NCBI GenBank assembly: GCA_037446635.1
Contig: JBBIIG010000045.1
Location: 7,206 to 32,299 of the forward strand
Source: a bacterium
GTDB lineage: Bacteria > Zhuqueibacterota > Zhuqueibacteria > Oceanimicrobiales > Oceanimicrobiaceae
Direction: 5' to 3'
DNA: 25,094 nt
Below the pieces are notes generated by a model, which ran no database searches, was not told the origin of the DNA, and was given only the letters and a program-made list of their open reading frames with translations. Positions within the stretch are counted from its first letter, which is position 1; each line of letters opens with the position of its first letter. This document shows, one piece after another, positions 9,103 through 17,016 of this stretch. The position numbers and the translations under genes are program-made.

Positions 9103-9131
9103 AATATAAAAACTCAAGCGAAGAAATGCAA
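9103..9131 (-). promoter_or_regulatory. Putative sigma70-type promoter of the his operon
   Basis: TTGCAT-N17-TATATT, ending 25 nt upstream of the leader ATG. Confidence 0.6.
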
Positions 9132-9175
9132 ATGAAATTTTTTATAAGCAGTCGAGGCCCGTTTTCAAGCGAGTC

Positions 9176-10954
9176 TCAACTGGCGTACATCTCTTCAATC
9201 AATTCCCTGAACTCCTTCTCCACCACTTTTCGTTTAACTTTCAAAGTCGGCGTGAGCTGCCCAGCTTCGATGGTGAACGGCTGCGGCAGCAGACGGAATT
9301 TGCGAATCCTTTCGTAATCGGAAAAATGTTTTTGGCGCTCGTCCACCTCGGATTGAATCAAGTCGATTATGGCCGGGTGGTTGATCAACTCCACATTGCC
9401 GTTCACGGCAATCCCTTGACCTTCAGCAAACACTTTCAGCGCCTCAAAATCCGGCACAATTAACGCGCTGATGAAATTTCGCTGCTCGCCGATCAACACC
9501 ACCTGATCGATATACTTGCTATTCTCCACTTCTTTTTCAATGGCTTGCGGCGCCACCTTTTTCCCAACCGAAGTAACCATCAACTGTTTCTTGCGGTCGG
9601 TGATGGTCAGGTAGTTATCTTCATCCAACGTGCCGACATCGCCGGTGTGCAGCCAGCCGTCTTCCAGCACTTCGTCGGTAGCGGCGGGCATTTTGTAATA
9701 GCCCATCATCACGTTGGGCCCCTTCACAATGATCTCACCGTCTGCCGCGATTTTCACTTCCACGCCCGGCAGCACTTTGCCCACCGTGCCAATCTTCGGC
9801 CGCTCCGGCGGATTCACCGAAATGATGGGCGAGGTTTCTGTCAGCCCGTACCCTTCCATAATTTTCAATCCAGCGGAATAGAAAAAAAGCGCCACCTCAA
9901 CGGACAGCGGCGCGCCGCCGGAAATAAAATACTTCATCCGCCCGCCGGTGCGCGCTTTGATTTTTGAGAAAACCAATTTGTCCGCTAAATTGTACTGCCA
10001 CCGACTCGGCTCGCCCTTTTCGCCAATGCCCAGCTCTGCTTCAGCCATTTGGCGGCCAACTTTCATCGACCAATTAAACAGTGCTTTTTTCACACTCCCC
10101 TCCGCCTCCGCTTTGGCAATGACGCGGGCGCGCACTTTTTCATAAAACCGCGGCACCGCCGCCATGATCGTCGGCCGGCCCTCTTCCATATCCTCCGCCA
10201 CGGTTTCATTGGAAGAATAGATAATGCTCACTCCGCTGTAAAAATAAAAGTAGTCAACCGTGCGCTCGAAGGCATGGGAAAGAGGCAGGAACGAAAGCCC
10301 GACGTCAGATGGCTCTAATTTGAAATAATGAGTGCAGGCCAGAAAATTGGAGACAAGATTTCTGTGGCTGAGCATCACGCCTTTGGGTGTGCCAGTGGTG
10401 CCGGAGGTATAAATCAGCGTCGCGATCTCGTCAGGGCGGGCGACGTTAACGGTCCGCTCCAAAAACTCATCGCCCTCCCTCTCGCTGCCAGATTGCAAAA
10501 CTTTACCGAACGAAACGACATTTTCTTTTATCGCATCAGCGTTCATCACAATCACGTGCTTGAGCTTTTTGAGACGAGCGCGAATTTGCTGAATTTTTGC
10601 GAGCTGAATTTCATTTGAGACGATGATAACTTCGCTGTCGCTGTTGTTGGCGATGAATTCGATTTGATCCGGGATGAGGGTCGGAAAAATGGGGACGAGC
10701 ACCGCCCCCAACAAATGACTCGCAAAATCCGCGATATGCCACTCCGGACGATTTTCAGAGAGCAGCAAAATTTTATTTTCAGACTTGATGCCCAACGCCT
10801 TCAGCCCCAGCGCAAAACTCACGACGCGATCTTTGAATTCGTTGCTGGAAATTTTGTGGAACGTGCCGTCGTGACCGCGATAGATAAGCAGATCGGGCTT
10901 GTTGAAATGGGTGATGTTGTAATGGAAAAGCTGGCTCAGGGTCTGCACGCTCAT
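9176..10954 (-). CDS. fadD: Long-chain fatty acid--CoA ligase (AMP-binding, FAA1/FadD15-like)
   Basis: IYTSGTTGTPKGVMLSH, SFLPLSHAFER, EGYGLTE, WLHTGDVG, ITDRKK, LTPTLKVKR; AAGGAG before ATG 10954. Confidence 0.9.
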   Translation of the reverse strand: MSVQTLSQLFHYNITHFNKPDLLIYRGHDGTFHKISSNEFKDRVVSFALGLKALGIKSENKILLLSENRPEWHIADFASHLLGAVLVPIFPTLIPDQIEFIANNSDSEVIIVSNEIQLAKIQQIRARLKKLKHVIVMNADAIKENVVSFGKVLQSGSEREGDEFLERTVNVARPDEIATLIYTSGTTGTPKGVMLSHRNLVSNFLACTHYFKLEPSDVGLSFLPLSHAFERTVDYFYFYSGVSIIYSSNETVAEDMEEGRPTIMAAVPRFYEKVRARVIAKAEAEGSVKKALFNWSMKVGRQMAEAELGIGEKGEPSRWQYNLADKLVFSKIKARTGGRMKYFISGGAPLSVEVALFFYSAGLKIMEGYGLTETSPIISVNPPERPKIGTVGKVLPGVEVKIAADGEIIVKGPNVMMGYYKMPAATDEVLEDGWLHTGDVGTLDEDNYLTITDRKKQLMVTSVGKKVAPQAIEKEVENSKYIDQVVLIGEQRNFISALIVPDFEALKVFAEGQGIAVNGNVELINHPAIIDLIQSEVDERQKHFSDYERIRKFRLLPQPFTIEAGQLTPTLKVKRKVVEKEFRELIEEMYAS

Positions 10955-10990
10955 CGTCTCTCCTTCATTCACGATGAATTCTTTAACGGC

Positions 10991-11019
10991 AAATTAGCGG
11001 AGTCAAAAAGCAAAATCAA
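10991..11019 (-). promoter_or_regulatory. Putative sigma70-type promoter for fadD
   Basis: TTGATT-N17-TAATTT on the minus strand. Confidence 0.45.
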
Positions 11020-11044
11020 GAGAAAATATGGGCGGAATATTGTC

Positions 11045-11073
11045 TTGACTTTTAGGGGGCGTCGGCGTAAATT
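11045..11073 (+). promoter_or_regulatory. Putative sigma70-type promoter for the CMD-fabF unit
   Basis: TTGACT-N17-TAAATT. Confidence 0.55.
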
Positions 11074-11161
11074 TGCAGCGCTTGAAAAGATATTAAGGGA
11101 CACAAAAATTTAAAAGCACACCATATTGGTAAATTAATGGAGCAGTGAGGGAATCTATTCA

Positions 11162-11512
11162 ATGAAAATCTCAGCCGCCGAAACCCGCAAATACCGCGCC
11201 GCCATGAACGAAAAAATTCTCAACAGCGGCTTCAACGATTTCAAAAAATTCTTTGGGCTGGATCACAAAGCCTACGTCGAAGGCGCGCTGCCGGTGAAAA
11301 TGAAAGAGCTGATGGGGCTGGTGGCGTCGATGGTGCTGCGCTGCAACGAGTGCATCTTCTATCACCTCGACCGCTGCGTCACCGAGGGCTGCTCCCGGGA
11401 AGAATTGTACGAGGCGATGAACATCGCGCTGATTGTTGGCGGGTCCATTGTCATCCCGCATCTGCGTTATGCCTTCGACGTTATCGATGAACTAATGGCG
11501 GAGCGCAGTTAA
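11162..11512 (+). CDS. Carboxymuconolactone decarboxylase / AhpD-like family protein
   Basis: EGALPVKMKELMGLVASMVLRCNECIFYH (E...CxxC...H AhpD/CMD core). Confidence 0.85.
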   Translation: MKISAAETRKYRAAMNEKILNSGFNDFKKFFGLDHKAYVEGALPVKMKELMGLVASMVLRCNECIFYHLDRCVTEGCSREELYEAMNIALIVGGSIVIPHLRYAFDVIDELMAERS

Positions 11513-11541
11513 ACCTGCGAAGGTTTGGAACCTTCGCAAGG
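11511..11541. repeat. REP-like palindrome overlapping the CMD stop codon
   Basis: AAACC-TGCGAAGGTT-TGG-AACCTTCGCA-AGG, perfect 10-bp arms. Confidence 0.65.
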
Positions 11542-11580
11542 CTCACTGAAGTTTTCCACAAAGGAGAGAGGATTTACATT

Positions 11581-12828
11581 ATGGCAGAAAGCAAACGCCG
11601 CGTGGTGGTCACCGGTTTGGGAATGGTGACACCGTGCGGGTTATCAGTGAAAGAAAACTGGGGGAACATTCTGGCCGGGAAATCCGGCATCGGCCCATTG
11701 ACTAAATTTGACCTTCCAGACTTTCCGGTACGAATTGCCGGCGAAGTCCGCAACTTCAATCCCGAAAATTACATCGACAAAAAAGAAATCAAAAAGATGG
11801 ACCCGTTCATCCAGTTTGCGATGGCGGCCACCATCGAGGCCATGAACGACGCCGGCTTGATCGTGGAAGATGACATCTCCGAACGAGTGGGCGTGATCAT
11901 CGGCTCCGGACAGGGCGGTATCACCGTTATCGAACAAAACACGTTGAAAGCGTACAACGGACAAAGCGGCCGCATCTCGCCGTTTTTCATTCCCTCGGCC
12001 ATCATTAATCTGGCGTCGGGGCAGGTGGCCATTAAATACAAGCTGCGCGGGCCGAGTTACGGCGTAGTGTCCGCCTGCTCCACCGGTGTGCACGCCATCG
12101 CCGACGGCTATTTCACCATTCTGCGCGGCGACGCCGAGGCCATGATCGTCGGCGGCACCGAGGCCACGCTGGTGCCGGTAGCGATGGCCGGCTTCGCCAA
12201 CGCCAAAGCCCTCTCCACCCGTAACGATGAACCGGAAAAAGCCAGCCGTCCTTTTGATCTCCACCGAGACGGCTTCGTCTCCAGCGAGGGCGCGGGGGTG
12301 CTGATTCTCGAAGAATTACAATTTGCCAAAGCGCGCAACGCCAAAATTTATGCTGAGGTTATCGGCATCGGAATGAGCACCGACGCCTTTCACATCACGG
12401 CGCCGGACCCCGAGGGCCGCGGACCGCAACTCTGCATGCGCAACGCCATCCGCAACGCCGGCATCCAACCAGAAGATGTGGATTACATCAACGCGCACGG
12501 CACCTCCACTCCCCTCAACGACGTCACCGAAACCAAAGCCGTCAAAGAAGTTTTCGGCAAACACGCCTACAAACTGCCCATGAGCTCAACGAAATCTCTG
12601 ACAGGCCATCTGCTGGGCGCGGCCGGCGCCATCGAAGCCATCTACTGCATCAAGGCCATCGAGGATCAAATTCTTCCCCCAACGATCAACTACGAGACGC
12701 CGGACCCAGAATGCGATCTCGATTACGTGCCCAACAAGCCGCGTCGTGCGAAAGTGAATGTTTGCCTCTCCAATTCATTTGGGTTTGGGGGAACGAACGC
12801 CAGTGTGATTATGAGGAGATATAGGTAA
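11581..12828 (+). CDS. fabF: 3-oxoacyl-[ACP] synthase II
   Basis: RRVVVTGLG, SACSTG (catalytic Cys), YINAHGTST, KSLTGHLLGAAG, SNSFGFGGTN. Confidence 0.96.
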   Translation: MAESKRRVVVTGLGMVTPCGLSVKENWGNILAGKSGIGPLTKFDLPDFPVRIAGEVRNFNPENYIDKKEIKKMDPFIQFAMAATIEAMNDAGLIVEDDISERVGVIIGSGQGGITVIEQNTLKAYNGQSGRISPFFIPSAIINLASGQVAIKYKLRGPSYGVVSACSTGVHAIADGYFTILRGDAEAMIVGGTEATLVPVAMAGFANAKALSTRNDEPEKASRPFDLHRDGFVSSEGAGVLILEELQFAKARNAKIYAEVIGIGMSTDAFHITAPDPEGRGPQLCMRNAIRNAGIQPEDVDYINAHGTSTPLNDVTETKAVKEVFGKHAYKLPMSSTKSLTGHLLGAAGAIEAIYCIKAIEDQILPPTINYETPDPECDLDYVPNKPRRAKVNVCLSNSFGFGGTNASVIMRRYR

Positions 12829-12844
12829 TGGGATGCAAACAGTA

Positions 12845-12871
12845 GGAAGTTGGAAGTTGGAAGTTGGAAGT
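12845..12871 (+). repeat. Heptamer tandem repeat (GGAAGTT) x about 4
   Basis: GGAAGTT GGAAGTT GGAAGTT GGAAGT. Confidence 0.85.
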
Positions 12872-12916
12872 GAACTTGCTTACCCGGCTATCACAAATTT
12901 ATCAAAGGAGGATAAC

Positions 12917-13354
12917 ATGGCACTCACTGTCAAAAAAATCACACTCTGGAGAACGGAAGTTGACAACCGGCCCGGGGCTTTGGCCAGCGTACTTGGGCCG
13001 CTGGCCGACGCTGGCGCGGATTTACACGTGGTGATGGGGTATCGTTTTCCGGGCAACGCCAGCAAGGCCGCCATCGAGGTCTTTCCCGTCTCTCGCAAAA
13101 AAGTGGTAGATGCGGCGTCCAGCGCCGGACTCATCGCCTCGGCGATTCCTACTCTGCTGGTGGAAGGCGACAACAAGCCGGGACTGGGAAAAGCAATTTC
13201 CGAAGCCATCGCTGGCGCCGGGATTAATTTGGATTTTCTGGTGACGCAGGTGATCGGCAAAAAATATTCCTGCGTCATTGGGTTCGAGAATGAAGGCGAC
13301 GCCAAGAAGGCGGCCAGTCTGATCAAGAAGGTGACGGCGCGCAGGAAAAGGTGA
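12917..13354 (+). CDS. Tandem ACT-domain protein
   Basis: Two ACT signatures (VDNRPGALASV, GDNKPGLGKAISEAIAGAGINL); strong AAGGAGG RBS before ATG 12917. Confidence 0.8.
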   Translation: MALTVKKITLWRTEVDNRPGALASVLGPLADAGADLHVVMGYRFPGNASKAAIEVFPVSRKKVVDAASSAGLIASAIPTLLVEGDNKPGLGKAISEAIAGAGINLDFLVTQVIGKKYSCVIGFENEGDAKKAASLIKKVTARRKR

Positions 13355-13399
13355 CAACATAAAATCCACAACTGGTAAACGTTTTTGGGAATTTTTGTA

Positions 13400-13800
13400 G
13401 TATGCCTTCCTTAATCCATTTGGCGCTGCCGAAAAGGCTGTTGGAGGCGCGATTATCGAGTTGATCAAACTTCGCCCGCCGCCGACCGCAGCAATTTTGA
13501 AAAGGTGTTTTGGGACACCCTGACCCAGCTACTCAAAAGCGCAACAATTACAACAAAACCATTGTCGCCCGAACTCTCAATTCGCTCGTGGGCGACCCGG
13601 AAATCCCAAACAGTGGCTGAACGGCGAGCAATTGCCAAAACGACCTTCCGTTGATTGAGGGGCTTGCCGGCAAACTGCAATTCGAGGTGTTGTTTCCTCA
13701 AGATTTCTTTTTGGCTTTTGAAATGGCCGTCGCCCAAAATGACACCCTCTACAAAATTCTGCAAAATCGCCGCGACGCCAGCCGGACACATTCGTTAGTT
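13400..13800 (+). pseudogene. Possible degraded gene remnant of unknown family
   Basis: Protein-like segments in successive + frames (SNFEKVFWDTLTQLLK / NNYNKTIVARTLNSLVGDPEI / NDLPLIEGLAGKLQFEVLFPQDFFLAFEMAVAQNDTLYKILQNRRD) with no intact ORF. Confidence 0.3.
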
Positions 13801-13803
13801 GGT

Positions 13804-13906
13804 GAATTTGAACGTTCGTAGTAACGCCTTCAGGCGTTAAACCCTGAAGGGGTAACTACATACATTCCCAAGAATTTGAACGTTCGTAGTAACGCCTTCA
13901 GGCGTT
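13804..13906. repeat. 35-bp direct repeat pair containing a GTAG-type REP
   Basis: GAATTTGAACGTTCGTAGTAACGCCTTCAGGCGTT at 13804-13838 and 13872-13906. The first copy pairs with CCTGAAGGGGTAACTAC to form a hairpin at 13818-13859. Confidence 0.85.
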
Positions 13907-14012
13907 TAACAGTTGGTCGCGCGAATCGAGGTCAACCCAGCGAGTTACACGCGCGGGTCACTCACGATGCCGGCGCCGTTCACAGTAATTGAAGAAGACA
14001 TCTTTCGCTTAC

Positions 14013-14038
14013 GAAACCCGAAAACGCCTTTTTCGTCT
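14013..14038 (+). promoter_or_regulatory. Possible ECF-type promoter upstream of the sigma factor gene
   Basis: GAAAC-N16-CGTCT, the generic AAC/CGT ECF promoter pattern; single occurrence. Confidence 0.35.
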
Positions 14039-14050
14039 TTTGGTGTGTTT

Positions 14051-15343
14051 ATGGAATACCCAACATCAGGCCCGAGTCCGGCGCTAAGCAGTGAAGACGC
14101 ATCGCAATCTATCCGTAAGATGGTGGATGCCGTCTATCGCACGGAGTCGCGCCGCATCCTCGCCACCCTCATCCGGATGCTCGGCGACTTCGATCTCGCT
14201 GAAGACGCACTCCACGAAGCCTTCGCGGCCGCGGTAGAAAAATGGCCGGCGGAGGGCGCGCCGGCCAATCCTCGGGCGTGGCTGGTTTCCACCGGCCGCT
14301 TCAAAGCCATCGACGCCATGCGGCGGCGCGCCCGTTACGACGAAAAACTAACAGAGTTGGCTGAGCGGCTTGCCGACGACGCCGCAGACAGGGCAGAGTC
14401 GGAGGACGAGGGTCTCGAAGACGACCAACTGCGGCTCATCTTCACCTGCTGCCACCCGGCGCTGTCTTCGGAGGCGCGAATTGCGCTGACGCTGCGGGAG
14501 GTTTGCGGCCTCACCACCGAGGAGATCGCGCGCGCTTTCCTCACGACTCCCCCTACCCTCGCGCAACGCATTGTGCGCGCCAAAGCGAAAATCCGCGACG
14601 CGCGCATTCCGTATCAGGTGCCGTCGCCGGCGGAGTTGCCGGATCGGTTAGATACGGCGCTGCACGTGATCTACCTGGTGTTCAACGAGGGCTATTCGGC
14701 TTCCTCGGGTGAATCGCTCACCCGGCCCGATCTCTCGGGCGAGGCCATTCGCCTCGGGCGTCTGCTGCTCGAATTGCTGCCGCAGCCGGAGGTGATGGGA
14801 CTGCTGGCGCTGATGCTGCTGCACGAATCGCGGCGGCCTGCCCGCACTTCGCCGTCTGGTGATTTGATTTTGCTTGAAGATCAGGATCGCTCGCTTTGGA
14901 ATCGCGATCAAATTGCAGAGGGGTTGGCGCTGGTGGAACAGGCGATGTCCTCGCGGCAGTTTGGGTCTTACACTTTGCAAGCGGCGATTGCGGCGGTGCA
15001 CGCCGAAGCGCCCACGGCCGCCGCCACGGACTGGGCGCAGATCGTGGCGCTCTACGATTTGCTTTTGCAGGCGAGGCCATCGCCGGTGATCGAACTGAAT
15101 CGCGCGGTGGCGGTGGCCATGCGAGACGGTCTCGAGGTGGGACTGGCCCTCATCGACGCCATCCTGAGCCGCGGCGATTTGGCGGACTACCATCTGGCGC
15201 ACGCGGCGCGAGCGGATTTGTGCCGACGGCTGGGAAGAACCACAGAAGCCCGGAGTTCCTACGAACGCGCCCTCCGCCTCACCCAGCAGGAGCCGGAGCA
15301 GCGGTTTCTCCAACGCCGGCTGGATGAGTTGCGGGCGGCGTAG
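14051..15343 (+). CDS. ECF42-type RNA polymerase sigma factor with C-terminal TPR-like extension
   Basis: Region 2 (GDFDLAEDALHEAF...NPRAWL...KAIDAMRR), region 4 (DDQLRLIFTCCHPAL...LTTEEIARAFL...QRIVRAK), and an extension of about 200 aa (LEDQDRSLW, QAAIAAVHA, ELNRAVAV). It lies next to DGPF genes. The start is uncertain (GTG 14045 or ATG 14051). Confidence 0.92.
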   Translation: MEYPTSGPSPALSSEDASQSIRKMVDAVYRTESRRILATLIRMLGDFDLAEDALHEAFAAAVEKWPAEGAPANPRAWLVSTGRFKAIDAMRRRARYDEKLTELAERLADDAADRAESEDEGLEDDQLRLIFTCCHPALSSEARIALTLREVCGLTTEEIARAFLTTPPTLAQRIVRAKAKIRDARIPYQVPSPAELPDRLDTALHVIYLVFNEGYSASSGESLTRPDLSGEAIRLGRLLLELLPQPEVMGLLALMLLHESRRPARTSPSGDLILLEDQDRSLWNRDQIAEGLALVEQAMSSRQFGSYTLQAAIAAVHAEAPTAAATDWAQIVALYDLLLQARPSPVIELNRAVAVAMRDGLEVGLALIDAILSRGDLADYHLAHAARADLCRRLGRTTEARSSYERALRLTQQEPEQRFLQRRLDELRAA

Positions 15344-15367
15344 CGCAGACACGAACAGTCTGCATTC
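15340..15367. repeat. Degenerate GTAG-type REP-like palindrome overlapping the sigma factor stop codon
   Basis: GTAGCGCAGAC-ACGAACA-GTCTGCATTC; shares GTAGCGCA...TGCATT ends with 2191-2216. Confidence 0.45.
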
Positions 15368-15559
15368 TTAAAATGCCGCACGATTTTTTAAACTTTTAAA
15401 TTGCAGGAAGCGCTTGGCGGAGATGCCCGAAATGTCCAAGAACCCGGTGCTCCGCTTCGGCTATTAAAGATCCTGCCGGTGAGCATCATTATTACCTTGA
15501 TTAGCGCCGCTGTTTTAAGAAGAAAACAGTTCCTTCCGGAATAAAGGCGGAAATCCAGT

Positions 15560-15591
15560 TGTCGATTTTGGGCTGCGTCAAACGACTATTG
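15560..15591 (+). promoter_or_regulatory. ECF42-type promoter 1
   Basis: TGTCGATTTT-N13-CGACTATTG, 37 nt before the first YCII gene; same motif and spacing as 16033-16064. Confidence 0.8.
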
Positions 15592-15628
15592 TGTGAACAG
15601 TCATTTCACCTTAGATGGAGGCACATAG

Positions 15629-15982
15629 ATGAAATACATGCTGCTCATTTACCTTGACGAACAAGCGCTGGACGAGATCGAGCGGGAGCAGTGCTACGTG
15701 GAGTCCACGCAGCTTGCCCGGGAACTCCGCTCCCGCGGCCAGTACCTGGGCGCGAACCCCCTGCACCCAATCTCGACGGCAACCAGCGTGCGCGTGCGCA
15801 ACGGCAGGCGGCTGGTGACCGACGGCCCGTTTGCGGAAACCCACGAGCAGCTCGGCGGCTATTTTCTCATCGACGCCGAGAATCTCGACGAGGCCATCGG
15901 CATCGCCGAACGCATCCCCATGGCGCGCAAGGGCACAGTAGAAATCCGGCCGGTGGTGGAGATTCCGGGGTTGCCGGGTTAA
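15629..15982 (+). CDS. YCII-related (DGPF) protein
   Basis: MKYMLLIY...TDGPFAETHEQLGGYFLI...VEIRPV; GGAGG RBS. Confidence 0.92.
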   Translation: MKYMLLIYLDEQALDEIEREQCYVESTQLARELRSRGQYLGANPLHPISTATSVRVRNGRRLVTDGPFAETHEQLGGYFLIDAENLDEAIGIAERIPMARKGTVEIRPVVEIPGLPG

Positions 15983-16032
15983 TTTCGCGCTTAGTTGGAA
16001 AAACCAGAAAAATTCCGGGCGAAAAGATAACG

Positions 16033-16064
16033 TGTCGATTTTATCCCCCTTCGAGCGACTATTG
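16033..16064 (+). promoter_or_regulatory. ECF42-type promoter 2
   Basis: TGTCGATTTT-N13-CGACTATTG, 39 nt before the second YCII gene. Confidence 0.8.
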
Positions 16065-16103
16065 GAAGGAAGCAAAACAATTACATCAGAAAGGACAAAA
16101 ATT

Positions 16104-16520
16104 ATGCGCTTCATGGTCATGGTCAAAGCAACGAAAAATTCAGAGGCAGGCATTCTCCCCGACGAGAAACTGCTTTCCGATATGATGAAATACAATGAAG
16201 AACTGTCGAAAGCCGGAATCATGCTTGCTGGCGAAGGCCTTCAGCCAAGCTCGAAAGGAGCACGGGTCAAGTTTTCTGGCGATAAGCGAATGGTGACCGA
16301 TGGGCCCTTCCCTGAGACCAAAGAGCTGGTTGCTGGCTTCTGGTTGTGGCAATGTAAAACGATGGAAGAAGCCATTGAGTGGGTGAAGCGCTGTCCGAAC
16401 CCGATGCCCGGAGAGGAGGCCGTCATCGAGATTCGTCCGCTATTTGAGGCGGAGGATTTCGGCGCAGCGCTCACGCCGGAGCTGCGGGAAAAAGAGGAGC
16501 GGCTGCGCGTGAAGAAGTGA
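16104..16520 (+). CDS. YCII-related (DGPF) protein
   Basis: MRFMVMVKA...GEGLQPSSKG...TDGPFPETKELVAGFW...IEIRPLFE; AAGGA RBS before ATG 16104. Confidence 0.92.
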   Translation: MRFMVMVKATKNSEAGILPDEKLLSDMMKYNEELSKAGIMLAGEGLQPSSKGARVKFSGDKRMVTDGPFPETKELVAGFWLWQCKTMEEAIEWVKRCPNPMPGEEAVIEIRPLFEAEDFGAALTPELREKEERLRVKK

Positions 16521-16607
16521 ATGGTGGTTCGGTAGTTCGTTCAACTTGAGGGCGCGCATGGAAATTTGTTGGTTTTAGCGCACTAACTTCAACCAGAGGA
16601 GCCCAAG

Positions 16608-16982
16608 ATGGCCAGTGCAACTATCAAATTCGACGGCGGCGTGAACATCGCTGTCAAAATCCCCAAAAACAAATATGAAAAAACCGTCGCCTTCTATCGC
16701 GACATCTTAAACCTAAAAGTAGTGGAAAGGCCGGTCGAGTCCCCTTCGATTTCACGCACGCACGAAGTGAAGTTTGGAACCCATTCGCTTTGGCTGGATT
16801 GCGTGGATCATTACACCCACTCGGAAACCTGGCTGGAATTAAGAACCACCGATGTTGATGCAGCCACCCGCTACTTGAAATCCAAAGGAATCGAGACCTG
16901 CGATGAATTGGAGAAAATACCGGCTAACATGCACTGGATTATGGATCCGGCCGGAACGGTATTCCTCTTATGCGCGCAATAA
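16608..16982 (+). CDS. VOC / glyoxalase-bleomycin resistance family protein
   Basis: NIAVKIP...VAFYRDILNL...WLELRTTDVDAA...WIMDPAG; GAGGAG RBS. Confidence 0.75.
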   Translation: MASATIKFDGGVNIAVKIPKNKYEKTVAFYRDILNLKVVERPVESPSISRTHEVKFGTHSLWLDCVDHYTHSETWLELRTTDVDAATRYLKSKGIETCDELEKIPANMHWIMDPAGTVFLLCAQ

Positions 16983-17016
16983 ATTGAAAAAATTATGGTC
17001 TAAGCACAGGAGAGAC

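Noticed and set aside
12833..12916. N-terminal extension of the ACT protein
   Set aside because: It derives from the heptamer repeat. A strong RBS precedes ATG 12917.
13465..13791. 108-aa minus-strand ORF
   Set aside because: It has no motif or RBS. The opposite strand looks more protein-like, though fragmented.
13804..13906. 35-bp repeat, 33-bp spacer, 35-bp repeat as a mini CRISPR array
   Set aside because: There are only two repeats, the spacer is largely the complementary arm of the repeat (a REP hairpin), and no cas genes or leader are present.
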